Assembly (NCBI GenBank): GCA_018066245.1
Contig: JAGHRT010000008.1
Span: 17,961-81,960, forward strand
Direction: 5' to 3'
Source: Candidatus Equimonas faecalis
GTDB lineage: Bacteria > Bacteroidota > Bacteroidia > Bacteroidales > Bacteroidaceae
DNA: 64,000 nucleotides
Shown here: one piece after another, positions 19,211 to 29,231 of the stretch
Layout of the letters: every line of letters starts with the position of its first letter
How positions within the stretch are numbered: the first letter of the stretch is position 1
Notes under the pieces: generated by a model
Databases searched by the model: none
Seen by the model: only the letters and a program-made list of their open reading frames with translations
What the model was told of the DNA's origin: nothing
Position numbers and translations under genes: made by a program

Positions 19211-22200
19211 TTATTTCTTGATTTGGTACTTCTTGACGAACTTCTTAGCTTTTGCCGACGTGCTCCAGGCACTGTCGTAGCGGCCATTAGTGAGTTCGGC
19301 AAAGTTGAGCACACCGTCAATCTGGTGTATCACGGCAAAGCTGCTTGTCTCTACGAGTTTACAGGTAGCCGCACTGGTACGGGGATTCACGTTGAAGCGT
19401 GCATCGCGGGCCAGAAGGTTATACTTTCCGTCTTTTGTTACGACGTTGTGTGTAGCCTTGGCTCCGTCCACGACTTGCAAGGCGTTGGCTGTCTGCTTGG
19501 CCTCCACGGACACATAGACGTTGGACTTGCTATCGATGCAGGCTGTCTGATAGTGGTTGGATTCGGTAACGTTGTCCACAAACACGCTTTCGTCCTGGAA
19601 GTGGTAGCGCAGGAAGTTGGTGAGCATTGTTACCATGGCCTGGGCCTTCACTTTGTTGGTTTCGGAAAGACCGGTCATGACATTGCCTTCCCCATCAACG
19701 ACGGGATTGCCCAAGGAGTCCAGCAGGGCTTCCCTGTGAGCATCAACGAAGTCGCGGATGGTTTGCCAAGTGGGAAGACCCTTGGCAAGGGCGGCATTCA
19801 CGGCGTCATTGGTGGGCACATAGATCGTATAGCGATAGTTGTTGAAAGAGCGTACCAGCTTGTCGGAACCGAAATACTTGGCAATGGTCTTGCTGCCCGA
19901 CTTCACTTCGCCTTCGCCGAAGATTTTGTAGAGTTCGGCAGCGCTCAGCCAGTCGGCTTCGGTGTAGGAGTTAATATCGGAGATAATGCCGGACTTCACG
20001 GCTTCTTCGGCTGCTTTTTCACGGAAGCCGGCATCAACGAGCAACTGGGCGTCGAATCCTTCGCAGAGGTCCTTGAAGCCCTTGAACTCATCATTGCTGT
20101 TCAAAATAGAATATACGCTCTGCATGGAAGGCTGCATGGGACGGTCTATCAGGAAGGTGTGTCCGTTACCGTAGCCGTTGGTACCCTTCGACTGGTCATA
20201 GGCACCGCCTTCCATCACCTTGCAGACGTGTTCGTTGCCTGAAATGGTGTCTTTGTCCAGCTGAATCTGCCATCCGCCTTCTACGACCATATTCTCGCCA
20301 GAGCCTGTATTGCCTCCCTTTATATATATAGGAGCGCCCAGGCGGCTGAGGAAGTATTTGCGGCTGCTGCCAAGCACACCGTCGTTGTCCCTATTGTCGT
20401 GTACAATGATGTGCTGGTTGATGAGCTCAATGAGCAGATTCTTCTTTGTTTCGCCATAGCCCTGCGTAACGGGCTGGGAGTAGGCTGAGCGATACTGCGT
20501 GCCAAGCCAATCGGTTTGATTGAGTTCGCCTGTCTGACCTGTGGCTTGATTGTATTTGTAGGCATCGGCGCTCACGGCAATGGTCTTGCCTGAGCCTGAG
20601 CTTATACCCGTGGCGTAGTTCCACACCCAATAGCGATAGTTGCGGGGGTTCTGGGTGGCGATGGAAGCGGGATCCACGTAGCCGAACTTGCCGAGACCCT
20701 CATCAGTCGGTACGAAGAAGGTGAAGCTGCTCTGCATGGCTTTCAGGTAGGTGCTGAAATACTGCTGCAAAGGAGCGTTGGCATAGTCAGAGCCCTGGAT
20801 GAAGTTTTCATCGGCACGCACTACGGCACGCACCACTTTGGTGTTGGAGCTATAGAGTGCAGGGGCGATGACGGAGGCGTAGTCGGCAGGCGACGTTACT
20901 TGCTTCATCAAATAAATTACGCCGTTGTTGGCAAGAAGGCACTTGTCGATGATGCTCTTGTAGGCCGCCAGCGAGGGGAAGTCGCCGCCATTGAACATCT
21001 GGTCGCGGGCGTCGTTCATGATGGTGAGGTACTTGGAGGGTACCGTCTCGCGGAAGGACGACTTCATGAGGTTGTTTACGAGTGCGCTGATGATGTCGAG
21101 GGGAATCTGGTCTATATTATATTCCAAGTTCTCTCGGGTGATATCTTTCAGAGCGTAGCGATCCATCAGCACGCGGCCGCCGCCAGTCAGGAAGTAGGCG
21201 GCCAAGGCACTGTCGGTGGGCACGAACATAGCTCCCATATCCTCGGTGGGGGCGGCTGTATTGGAGGCTGCGTAGTTGTTCCATGCAGGGTCGAAGTTCA
21301 GCACGGGAATGTCCATCGCGTTCTTCGTAACGGGATTGGTTACGAACTTACCGCTCTGCGAGCGGGTGCTGAAATAGCGCTTCACAAACACGGAATCGGT
21401 TTCGGGTATCTTGCCGTAGAGTGCATGGACGTTATTGTTCAGCGTGGGGTTGAACACGGGTGCGCTGAAGCGGTCAAGGATGCGGCTGAAGAGGTTTGTC
21501 TGGCCGTTTGTGCGAATCACCTCAGCCATGTTGGAGGGGGCGACAAGCACGCGGTCAATCACGTTGTAGTAGCCGTTCATGCAGGTTACATCCTGCTTGA
21601 TGACTTGTGCGTCATAAATGTAGCTGCGGTTTTCCTTGCCATAGGAGGGCAAGCCGAGAATGAAGGCCACATCGTCGTTGGTGATGTTGTTGAACTTCAT
21701 GTTATTCTCCAGGAAGTGCGTCATCATCGGCGTGGTGTTGTCGCACACGAGGTAGATGCCTGCCTTGTCCTTCTGGCTGCGATACTTTTCCCAGAACTTG
21801 CCATACTTGGCGTCGCCCTCGTCGTCCATCGTGCCCTCATTAAGATTTTCGGGCAACTGATACCAGTGCATGTAGGGCACCGAGTCGGTGGCGGTAGAGG
21901 CCGTGCCCTGTCGCAGGCACTGGTTCTTGCCATTCACGTAGTTGGTGGCACCCATCGTACCCGTGCTCTCGATGTTCGACATCATTTCCATGACGTAAGC
22001 ATTGTTGAGCATGGAGTTGTAGAAAAGGTACTTCTTCTGGGAGAGCGTCAGGGAGTCGTAGCAATGCACGCCCCACGGGTTCTTCTGGAAGAACTTGACA
22101 TAGGCAGAGTCAGGAGCGACGAACAGGGTCTTACTGCCGGTTGTGGACAACACATCGACGTAGCCCAAATCCTCAATAAGCCTAACCGTGTTCTTGAATC

Positions 22201-22363
22201 TGCCATCTTTTTTCAGCTCCAGGTAAATACTTTCGCCGAGATAATCAGGCATGGTTTCATCCAAGTCGTAATCATCAGAGCAGGAGTACGTCATACCGAC
22301 AGCCGAAAGCATACACACTGCGGGCAGCAGCGCGTTTGCCATTTTGCAAAAACGGTTTCTCAT
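19211..22363 (-). CDS. Large multi-fasciclin lipoprotein (1050 aa)
   Basis: Lipobox TYSC; repeated FAS1 motifs KTLFVAPD, CMNGYYNVID, MFVPTD, ANNGVIY, FTFFVPTD, YTIYVPTN and VIHQIDGVL. Confidence 0.8.
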   Translation of the reverse strand: MRNRFCKMANALLPAVCMLSAVGMTYSCSDDYDLDETMPDYLGESIYLELKKDGRFKNTVRLIEDLGYVDVLSTTGSKTLFVAPDSAYVKFFQKNPWGVHCYDSLTLSQKKYLFYNSMLNNAYVMEMMSNIESTGTMGATNYVNGKNQCLRQGTASTATDSVPYMHWYQLPENLNEGTMDDEGDAKYGKFWEKYRSQKDKAGIYLVCDNTTPMMTHFLENNMKFNNITNDDVAFILGLPSYGKENRSYIYDAQVIKQDVTCMNGYYNVIDRVLVAPSNMAEVIRTNGQTNLFSRILDRFSAPVFNPTLNNNVHALYGKIPETDSVFVKRYFSTRSQSGKFVTNPVTKNAMDIPVLNFDPAWNNYAASNTAAPTEDMGAMFVPTDSALAAYFLTGGGRVLMDRYALKDITRENLEYNIDQIPLDIISALVNNLMKSSFRETVPSKYLTIMNDARDQMFNGGDFPSLAAYKSIIDKCLLANNGVIYLMKQVTSPADYASVIAPALYSSNTKVVRAVVRADENFIQGSDYANAPLQQYFSTYLKAMQSSFTFFVPTDEGLGKFGYVDPASIATQNPRNYRYWVWNYATGISSGSGKTIAVSADAYKYNQATGQTGELNQTDWLGTQYRSAYSQPVTQGYGETKKNLLIELINQHIIVHDNRDNDGVLGSSRKYFLSRLGAPIYIKGGNTGSGENMVVEGGWQIQLDKDTISGNEHVCKVMEGGAYDQSKGTNGYGNGHTFLIDRPMQPSMQSVYSILNSNDEFKGFKDLCEGFDAQLLVDAGFREKAAEEAVKSGIISDINSYTEADWLSAAELYKIFGEGEVKSGSKTIAKYFGSDKLVRSFNNYRYTIYVPTNDAVNAALAKGLPTWQTIRDFVDAHREALLDSLGNPVVDGEGNVMTGLSETNKVKAQAMVTMLTNFLRYHFQDESVFVDNVTESNHYQTACIDSKSNVYVSVEAKQTANALQVVDGAKATHNVVTKDGKYNLLARDARFNVNPRTSAATCKLVETSSFAVIHQIDGVLNFAELTNGRYDSAWSTSAKAKKFVKKYQIKK

Positions 22364-22452
22364 ACAGTTAATTTGTTGATTATATTTGATTTGTTATTGT
22401 TTGTCTTTGGATAGTGTTTTTTCTGCCATTTGCACTACACATTTTGACACCG

Positions 22453-22460
22453 CAAATTTA
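22453..22460 (-). promoter_or_regulatory. -7 promoter element TAAATTTG for the SusC/D operon
   Basis: TAnnTTTG match about 90 nt upstream of the first gene, in AT-rich DNA. Confidence 0.6.
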
Positions 22461-22656
22461 GGCAAATTTTTAGATACTGAAAACTAATTAACAGAGAAAA
22501 GTGCATTTTTAAGGTTTTTTAAGATTTTACCGCCGATTGGCACGGCCAAATCACGGGGTACGCTGTGCTATCACTACAAAAGCGGGCTTTCCGGCTCCCC
22601 GGGGATGTACTATTCTCTAAAAGCGGGAAAAGCATCCCATACACCGCCCTAAACCA

Positions 22657-22761
22657 CCCTATACAGCAGGAAAAACTATCCTATACAGTAGGGAAAACTA
22701 CCCTATACAGTAGGAAAAACTACCCTATACAGTAGGGAAAACTATCCTATACGGCAGGAAA
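22657..22761. repeat. 22-bp tandem repeat, 5 copies (CCCTATACAGTAGGAAAAACTA type)
   Basis: ctatac cores at 22659, 22681, 22703, 22725 and 22747. Confidence 0.9.
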
Positions 22762-22918
22762 CACTCACCAGCAGGTCAAGGAAAACCGCACCACACGCCG
22801 GACAAAGCTGTCCCTGCCTTCACATCCTCGCCACAGGGCCTAAGTGCCGCCTTACGGCCCACTCCCCCACCCTTTCCGTCAGAAAGCACCCCCTTGCAAG
22901 CAAAAAAATGCGAGAAAA

Positions 22919-22950
22919 TTTGGCCGTCAAGCAAGTTTTGCGTAACTTTG
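22919..22950 (+). promoter_or_regulatory. Bacteroidetes sigma-A promoter (-33 TTTG, -7 TAACTTTG) of the ECF sigma gene
   Basis: TTTG at 22919-22922 and TAACTTTG at 22943-22950, with a 20-nt spacer. Confidence 0.7.
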
Positions 22951-23050
22951 CAGGCGATTTCCCAAGAGAAACGACAATTCACACTATTCATCCACTTAAA
23001 CAACACCGCCTATAGCAAAGCTCTACACTTAACCTAAACATTAAGTAGTA

Positions 23051-23638
23051 ATGGACACAAACAAGAAGTTCACCGACCTGGAATTGGTGACTAGGTACGC
23101 AGAGGGGGATGACTCTGCTTTTGATGTTTTGCTTTACCGGTACAAAGACAAGCTCTACTCCTATATATATTATTTGGTCAATGATGAAGACCGAGCCAAC
23201 GACATTTTTCAGGAGACGTTTGTCAAAGTTATCATGACCATCCGTCAGGGTCGCTACACGGAATCCGGACGCTTCTACGCCTGGCTCACGCGCATCGCCC
23301 ACAACCTGGCCATCGACGAGTTCCGCGACACCATGAACACGTCCACCCTCTCCGATGAGGAGACCAACGGCACGCTCTTCAACAGCGTACAACTCTCCAC
23401 CGAGGCCGCCGACGGCGAACAAGTGGACGAACAGACGCTCCGCAACGTGAAGGAACTGATGGAACGGCTCCCCAGCGAGCAGCGCGAAGTGGTGTTCATG
23501 CGCATATACCAAGGCCTCTCGTTCAAAGAGATTGCCGATGAAACCGGCGTAGGCCTCAACACAGCCCTCGGGCGAATGCACTACGCGCTCATCAATATGC
23601 GCAGGATGGCCACCGCGGCCAACGTCTTCACGGACTAA
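23051..23638 (+). CDS. ECF-type RNA polymerase sigma-70 factor
   Basis: Region 2 motif DIFQETFVK..FYAWLTRIAHNLAID; region 4 motif LPSEQREV..GLSFKEIA..NTALGRMHYA. Confidence 0.93.
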   Translation: MDTNKKFTDLELVTRYAEGDDSAFDVLLYRYKDKLYSYIYYLVNDEDRANDIFQETFVKVIMTIRQGRYTESGRFYAWLTRIAHNLAIDEFRDTMNTSTLSDEETNGTLFNSVQLSTEAADGEQVDEQTLRNVKELMERLPSEQREVVFMRIYQGLSFKEIADETGVGLNTALGRMHYALINMRRMATAANVFTD

Positions 23639-23695
23639 TCCCGGCACACCGCGTTCCCACGCCCAACCCGTGTCCAACATCAAGCGACCACTGAT

Positions 23696-24133
23696 ATGAA
23701 AAAAGCACTCTCCTTCATTTTCCTTTGCCTTACGGTTCTCTGCGCCTCCGCCCAGCACATCTATCAGGGCGGCAGCACTTACGGCACCAAGCTCTATACT
23801 TGGGACGGGCAGTATCTCTACCAGGGCGGCAGCAAGTACGGCACGAAAGTCCTCACCTGGGACGGGCAGCACGCCTATCAGGGCGGCAGCAAGTACGGCA
23901 CGAAAATCCTGACCTGGGACGGCCAGTACATCTATCAGGGCGGAAGCAAGTACGGCACAAAGCTGGCTACCTGGGACGGGCAGCACATCTATCAGGGCGG
24001 AAGCAAGTACGGCACAAAGCTCTACACCATCGACTCAAAGCACGTCTATCAGGGCGGAAGCAAGTACGGAGCCAAACTCCTCACTTTCGACTGCAACCTG
24101 CCCATACCCATTCTCTACCTCATTCTTGATTAG
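23696..24133 (+). CDS. Small secreted protein made of six 19-aa repeats
   Basis: Signal peptide ending ASA-Q; six copies of xxYQGGS(K/T)YG(T/A)KxxT(W/I/F)D with a 57-bp DNA period; hydrophobic tail LPIPILYLILD. Confidence 0.85.
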   Translation: MKKALSFIFLCLTVLCASAQHIYQGGSTYGTKLYTWDGQYLYQGGSKYGTKVLTWDGQHAYQGGSKYGTKILTWDGQYIYQGGSKYGTKLATWDGQHIYQGGSKYGTKLYTIDSKHVYQGGSKYGAKLLTFDCNLPIPILYLILD

Positions 24134-24246
24134 CACACGCGCCTGCGCAAGAGAGGACTGCGCTCAACCGGAACACCATGCCACAGCTCCGCCGACCGCG
24201 GGCATCAGCCGACGGGGAAGAACAAGCACTCCGCACAAGGCAGCAC

Positions 24247-24324
24247 TTAGTCCATACGACAGGGAAAAGCCTCCTATACAACAGGAAAAATTAGTCCGCC
24301 GATAGTTTTGTCTATCGGCGGACT
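24247..24324. repeat. Dispersed-family repeat cluster ending in a hairpin between convergent genes
   Basis: agtccgccgatag (24293-24305) and ctatcggcggact (24312-24324) form a perfect inverted repeat, preceded by cctatac-type units. Confidence 0.75.
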
Positions 24325-24371
24325 CGTTTTTAGAGGTGTGCGAGGACGGACGCGCGTCCCCCAAAAGCAGT

Positions 24372-26189
24372 TTACTTGTACACGGGCCCGAAGTTCTGGC
24401 AGGCGCGGAAGTCCGCACCCTCCTTATCCATACCGAATGCGTTCCAAGCGGCAGGACGGAACACGTCCTTGTCGGCCACGTTGTGCATACACACGGGGAT
24501 GCGCAGCATGGCGCAGAGCGTGATGAGGTCGGCGCCGATGTGCCCGTAGGCTATGGCACCGTGGTTGGCACCCCAGCAGTTCATGACGCTATACACGTCC
24601 TTGAAGCAATCGCGGGCAGGGTCGAGACGCGGCACAAACCAAGTGGTGGGCCAAGTGGGGTCGGTGCGCTTGTCCAGCGTGTCGTGCATAGCGTCAGGCA
24701 GCTCCACGGTCCAACCTTCGGCCAACTGGAGCACGGGACCCAGGCCCTGCACCATGTTGAGGCGCATCATGGTCATCGGCATACCGCCACGCGAGCGGAA
24801 ATGGGAGGAGTAGCCTCCACCGCGGAAGTAGTCGCGGTCGGCAGGCATCCAGTCGGTGGCCTTCAGGCAGGCTTCGGCATCGGCCTCGGTCATTTCCCAT
24901 GGCGTCTTCATGGTGGGACGGCCCTCAGCGTCGGTCATCGCGCCCGTAGCGTCGAGAGTGGTGGCACCGGAGTTGATAAGGTGGATGAAGCCTCCTGCGG
25001 CTGCGCCCTCGGGACGCTGGCCGGTTACGCGCTCCACGGCTTCGGGGCTCCAGTAGGTGCGGATGTCGGAGAACATCACGCCTCGGTTGGTCAGCAAGTG
25101 GCCCAAGAGCATCGCTATGCCGTTGAGGAAGTCATTCTCGGTGGCAAGGATTTTGGCCTCCCGTATGCCGTTCCAATCGTAGGAGGAGCACATGAGCGAC
25201 TCGGGGAAGTCGAAGTTGGGCTTATAGTCCGTCCACTGGCGCTGGCCCTGTACGCCGCCGGCTATGGCATTGTGGCCCAAGGCCTCTTCCTTGTAGCCCA
25301 TTTCAAGCAGTCGGGGGTTGCCTTCCATCAGGTCGCGGATTATCATCATGTTCTTCACCGTGAAAGCCCAGTCGGCATCCTTCTCTTCACGCGTCTTACC
25401 CTTGCCCTTGCCGTTGAAGGCGTGCATGGGCGTGCCGGGGAAGATGGGGCGGTCCTCATTGTAGTCGTGGCCCTCATTCGGCTTGCAGTACTTTTCTACC
25501 CACTGCATGGCACGCTCAAATTCCTCATGGTCGAAGATGCCGAAATCGACGCGGCGGAGAATCTCCACCAGGCTTACGTACTCCGTGCGCATACCGAGGT
25601 ATTGCTGGAGGAAGTCGGCGTTCACAATGGAGCCGGCTATGCCCATGCAAGTGTTGCCGAGGGAGAGATAAGCCTTGCCGCGCATCGTGGCCATCGCCTG
25701 AGCGGCGCGTGCCCAACGCAGGATTTTTTCGCGCACGTCGGCGGGGATGGTGTTGTCGTCGAGGTCCTGTACGTCATGGCCGTAGATACCGAAGGCAGGA
25801 AGTCCCTTCTGGGCATGGGCGGCCAGCACGGCGGCCAGATAGACGGCACCCGGGCGCTCCGTACCGTTGAATCCCCACACGGCCTTCGGCCAATGCGGAT
25901 GCATATCCATGGTTTCGCTGCCATAGCACCAGCACGAGGTTACGGTAATCGTGGCTCCCACGCCCTCGCGCTCAAACTTCTCCTGACAGGCGGCACTCTC
26001 GGCCACACGGCCGATGGTGGTGTCGGAAACGACGCACTCGACGCACGAACCGTCGCCGTTGCGCAAATTTGTACTGATGAGCTCAGCCACAGCATGGGCG
26101 AGAGCCATCGTTTTTTCTTCCAGACATTCACGCACGCCGCCCTGACGGCCGTCAATGGTGGGGCGAATGCCAATCTTGGGGTAGTTCAT
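24372..26189 (-). CDS. fucI: L-fucose isomerase
   Basis: Motifs [46 protein letters not shown] and WGANHG. Confidence 0.96.
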   Translation of the reverse strand: MNYPKIGIRPTIDGRQGGVRECLEEKTMALAHAVAELISTNLRNGDGSCVECVVSDTTIGRVAESAACQEKFEREGVGATITVTSCWCYGSETMDMHPHWPKAVWGFNGTERPGAVYLAAVLAAHAQKGLPAFGIYGHDVQDLDDNTIPADVREKILRWARAAQAMATMRGKAYLSLGNTCMGIAGSIVNADFLQQYLGMRTEYVSLVEILRRVDFGIFDHEEFERAMQWVEKYCKPNEGHDYNEDRPIFPGTPMHAFNGKGKGKTREEKDADWAFTVKNMMIIRDLMEGNPRLLEMGYKEEALGHNAIAGGVQGQRQWTDYKPNFDFPESLMCSSYDWNGIREAKILATENDFLNGIAMLLGHLLTNRGVMFSDIRTYWSPEAVERVTGQRPEGAAAGGFIHLINSGATTLDATGAMTDAEGRPTMKTPWEMTEADAEACLKATDWMPADRDYFRGGGYSSHFRSRGGMPMTMMRLNMVQGLGPVLQLAEGWTVELPDAMHDTLDKRTDPTWPTTWFVPRLDPARDCFKDVYSVMNCWGANHGAIAYGHIGADLITLCAMLRIPVCMHNVADKDVFRPAAWNAFGMDKEGADFRACQNFGPVYK

Positions 26190-26223
26190 AGTTAGTGTAT
26201 TAAGTGGTTTAGTTGTTATTGTC

Positions 26224-28602
26224 TCAATCTATCGTATCAGCCTCCACGGCTTCGTCGGCCTCAACCCCGTCATAGGCCGTACTGTCGGGAGCCGCGTTGT
26301 CGGCAGGCTCATAGTAGCGGGGACGGCTGTGCTCATACTCATCCACATCGCAGGTGGGCTCAGGATACTTCTTTACGTACTTCGCCTTAAACCTGCTGTC
26401 GTCCATCACCTTTTGCAGGAAACGGCCCACTACGGGCAGGGCGGTACGCGATCCTTGCCCCAATGCTCCCGTGCGGAAGTGGATGTTGCGGTATTCGCCG
26501 CCGACCCACGCGCCGGCCACCAAGGAGGGCGTTACCCCCACAAACCACGCGTCGGCATGGGCGTTGGAGGTGCCCGTCTTACCGCCGTAATCCATTTCCG
26601 GCCAATGCTGGCCGATGTAGCCGTTCAGGCTCATGGATGTGCCGCCTCCCTCATGACAGCCTGCTTCGAGCAAGTTGCGCATGAAATAGGCGGAGCGCGG
26701 GTCGAGGGCTCGGCGGGTTTGGGAGTTGGCCTGATAGACGACGCGTCCGTTGCGGTCTTCGATGCGCGTGATGAGCGTAGGCTTCACATACACGCCGTCG
26801 TTGGCCACGCAGGCGTAGCCGCTGACAAGTTCCAGCACGTTTACGTCGCTGCACCCCAAGGCAAGGGCGGGGGCATTGGCCAGTTCACTGTTGATTCCCA
26901 TGTCGCGGGCCGTCTTGATGACCTGCTGGATGCCCACTTCCTGACCCAGTTTGACGGCCACGGTGTTGGTGGATTGTGCGAAGGCCTTGGTGAGTGTCAT
27001 TTCGCGGTAGCTATAGCGGCCATTGGCATTGTGCGGCCGCCAGTCGGTCTCCTTGCCTCCGCTCCACGTCTTCATGTGGATGGGGCTGTCCGTTATACGG
27101 TAGGTGGGCGTGAGCCCCTGCTTCATGGCTGCGGCATATACATAGAGCTTGAAGGTGGAGCCGGGTTGGTGGGCGGCGCTCACCTTGTCGTATTTCCAGG
27201 TCTTGAAGTCGATGTCGCCCACCCAAGCCTTGACATGCCCGTTCTGCGGTTCAATGGCCACGAAGCCCGTGTGCATGTAGCGCAGCATATAGCGCAGGGA
27301 ATCCATGGAGGAGATGAAGGCATCGTGGCCGCCGTCGTAGTCGAACAGGCGCACGTTGTGGGGCTTATTGAGGTAGTACCACACGCTGTCGGGGTCGGAC
27401 GGGAAGCGTGCAGCCAGCAGGCGGTAGGCATCTGTCTGCTTGATTTTCTGCTGTACGAAGCCGCGAATTTCCACGCCGTGCGCATCTACCCACGGGTTGA
27501 GTGTACCCCAGTGTGCCTGGAAGTTCTGCTGGACAACACGCATCTTCTCTCTGACAGCCTCCTCGGCATAGCGCTGCATGGTGGCGTTGAGGGTAGTGTA
27601 GATTTTCAGGCCGTCGGTGTAGGGGTCCAAGTCGGGGCATATTTCCCGGAGTTCGTCGGCTACGGCCTGCCGGAAGTAGAGGGCCTTGCCGTCGTAGGCG
27701 TTGAGCACGCGGAACTTGAGTTCTACGGGGCGCTCTTGCAAGGAGTCGAGGGCGGCCAGCGAAAGCTTGCCGTGCTTGTACATGTTAGCCAGCACCACAT
27801 TGCGGCGTTCCAGCGCGTTCTGGGGGTTGATTTTGGGGTTGTAGTAGGATGTGGCTTTCAGCAGGCCCACCAGCACGGCGGCCTCCTCGGGGCGGAGTTG
27901 CGAGGGCGTGGTGCCGAAATACGTCTTGGCGGCTGTCTTGATGCCGTAGGCGTTGGCTCCGAAGTCCACGGTGTTGGCGTACATCTCCAGTATGTCCCGT
28001 TTTGAGCAGAGGAACTCCAGTTCCGTGGCTATTATCATTTCCTTGCTCTTCATCACCAGAATCTTCACGCCTGGAATATAGCCGAGCAATCCGGTGCTGT
28101 ACTGCGTGCGCACGCGGAACATATTCTTGACGAGTTGCTGCGTAATGGTACTGGCGCCTCTCGGATGGCCTGCCACGGCATCCTTCAGGGCGGCGAACAG
28201 CCCTACCACGTCCACGCCGTGGTGCTGGTAGAAGCGTTCGTCCTCGGTGCTGATGAGGGCATCGAAGAAGCAGGGGGCTATGCTGTCGTAGGACACGGGC
28301 TGGCGGTTCTCCTCGAAGTAGTGGCCAAGGAGCACGCCGTCGTCGGAATAAAGCTCCGAGGCGGCTGCCGTGCGGGGGTGGATGATTTCCGAGATGCTGG
28401 GGCTCTTGCCAAAGAGCCAGCAGAAATTGAATACCACGGCAAGGCAATAGAGCAGCACCAGCACGACAAACGTGCCCAGCGCGGCGAGGATTTTCGTCCA
28501 CCACGGGCTGCCCACAAACAGCGACTTGTACCAGCGGCCAAACCGCTTGCAAGTACGCTTTGCGGCTTGCCAAAAATGGCTCAAGCGGTCAATCAGCGAC
28601 AT
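26224..28602 (-). CDS. Class A penicillin-binding protein (PBP1A family)
   Basis: GT51 motifs [20 protein letters not shown] and LEMYAN; transpeptidase motifs STFK, STN and KTG. Start moved to MSLIDRL at 28602. Confidence 0.93.
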   Translation of the reverse strand: MSLIDRLSHFWQAAKRTCKRFGRWYKSLFVGSPWWTKILAALGTFVVLVLLYCLAVVFNFCWLFGKSPSISEIIHPRTAAASELYSDDGVLLGHYFEENRQPVSYDSIAPCFFDALISTEDERFYQHHGVDVVGLFAALKDAVAGHPRGASTITQQLVKNMFRVRTQYSTGLLGYIPGVKILVMKSKEMIIATELEFLCSKRDILEMYANTVDFGANAYGIKTAAKTYFGTTPSQLRPEEAAVLVGLLKATSYYNPKINPQNALERRNVVLANMYKHGKLSLAALDSLQERPVELKFRVLNAYDGKALYFRQAVADELREICPDLDPYTDGLKIYTTLNATMQRYAEEAVREKMRVVQQNFQAHWGTLNPWVDAHGVEIRGFVQQKIKQTDAYRLLAARFPSDPDSVWYYLNKPHNVRLFDYDGGHDAFISSMDSLRYMLRYMHTGFVAIEPQNGHVKAWVGDIDFKTWKYDKVSAAHQPGSTFKLYVYAAAMKQGLTPTYRITDSPIHMKTWSGGKETDWRPHNANGRYSYREMTLTKAFAQSTNTVAVKLGQEVGIQQVIKTARDMGINSELANAPALALGCSDVNVLELVSGYACVANDGVYVKPTLITRIEDRNGRVVYQANSQTRRALDPRSAYFMRNLLEAGCHEGGGTSMSLNGYIGQHWPEMDYGGKTGTSNAHADAWFVGVTPSLVAGAWVGGEYRNIHFRTGALGQGSRTALPVVGRFLQKVMDDSRFKAKYVKKYPEPTCDVDEYEHSRPRYYEPADNAAPDSTAYDGVEADEAVEADTID

Positions 28603-28693
28603 TCTTCTATATATTATTATGGTGTGGCCCGCGCTTCCGCCTCCCGGGGGCAGCGATTCGGCGCACGGCACTTCCATTTGTGTTATTTGGCCA

Positions 28694-28725
28694 CAAAATT
28701 ACGTTTTTCTGGCCAAGCGACCAAA
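28694..28725 (-). promoter_or_regulatory. Sigma-A promoter for the PBP1A-fucI unit
   Basis: -33 TTTG (28725-28722) and -7 TAATTTTG (28701-28694), with a 20-nt spacer. Confidence 0.65.
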
Positions 28726-28807
28726 TTTTTCGGCAAAAAGCTTATTTTCAGCTCCACCTTTTCAGAGAAAAGCCCTCCACAAGGCCGTTTTCGCTGTCGG
28801 CACAGCT

Positions 28808-28915
28808 GGGAAAACTACTCTATACACTAGGGAAAACTACTCTATACACCAGGAGAAACTACTCTATACACTAGAAAACACTACTCTATACACTAGGAAA
28901 AGCTATCGGCGGACT
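28808..28915. repeat. 22-bp tandem repeat, 4 copies, plus a GGCGGACT unit
   Basis: ctatac cores at 28820, 28842, 28864 and 28886; ctatcggcggact at 28903. Confidence 0.88.
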
Positions 28916-29059
28916 TGTATTTCACCATCCACCGGCAAGGCCCACTCCCCTACCCCGCAAACCGCCTCAGCCTTACTCCCCATCTGCCAAATCCGCCCCC
29001 AAACCGCGCCAAAACCCAACTTTTCGCCCCAATCGCTTGGACAGCTCACAGAAATTTCG

Positions 29060-29067
29060 TACCTTTG
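29060..29067 (+). promoter_or_regulatory. -7 promoter element TACCTTTG of tRNA-Ser
   Basis: TAnnTTTG 13 nt before the tRNA 5' end. Confidence 0.7.
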
Positions 29068-29080
29068 CACGCAATAGTAA

Positions 29081-29168
29081 GGAAGGTTGGCAGAGTGATC
29101 GATTGCGCTAGACTCGAAATCTGGTGTACTCTTTATGGGTACCGGGGGTTTGAATCCCTCACCTTCCG
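29081..29168 (+). tRNA. tRNA-Ser(CGA), long variable arm, CCA not encoded
   Basis: Acceptor stem ggaaggt/accttcc; anticodon arm ctaga-CT CGA AA-tctgg; variable stem gtactc/gggtac; T arm ggggg-TTTGAAT-ccctc; discriminator G. Confidence 0.93.
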
Positions 29169-29173
29169 CTCGC

Positions 29174-29203
29174 ATTAAGCCCCCTCCCCGCAGGGGGCTT
29201 AAT
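29174..29203 (+). terminator. Hairpin after tRNA-Ser (terminator or processing signal)
   Basis: Perfect 12-bp inverted repeat attaagccccct / agggggcttaat with a weak U tail. Confidence 0.6.
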
Positions 29204-29231
29204 CGGTAGAAACGCTAACACACACAAAGCC

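Noticed and set aside
19201-19320. N-terminal extensions in the ORF track (SusC 19320, PBP 28677, nrdJ 51112, rlmH 58638, ribH 42278)
   Set aside because: They overlap upstream genes or leaders, and the downstream ATGs give family-typical N-termini.
22657-22761. Possible CRISPR array (also 28808-28915, 34675-34791 and 59473-59678)
   Set aside because: The units are contiguous tandem repeats without unique spacers, and there are no cas genes.
4287-28005. Long plus-strand ORFs antisense to SusC/D, fucI and PBP (for example 8121-9869, 24336-26195 and 26329-28005)
   Set aside because: These are shadow ORFs caused by codon bias of the real minus-strand genes, with no recognisable motifs. The same applies to antisense ORFs elsewhere in the window.
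29081-29231. tRNA as an integration site for a genomic island
   Set aside because: There is no integrase, no duplicated tRNA 3' end was seen, and core genes lie on both sides.
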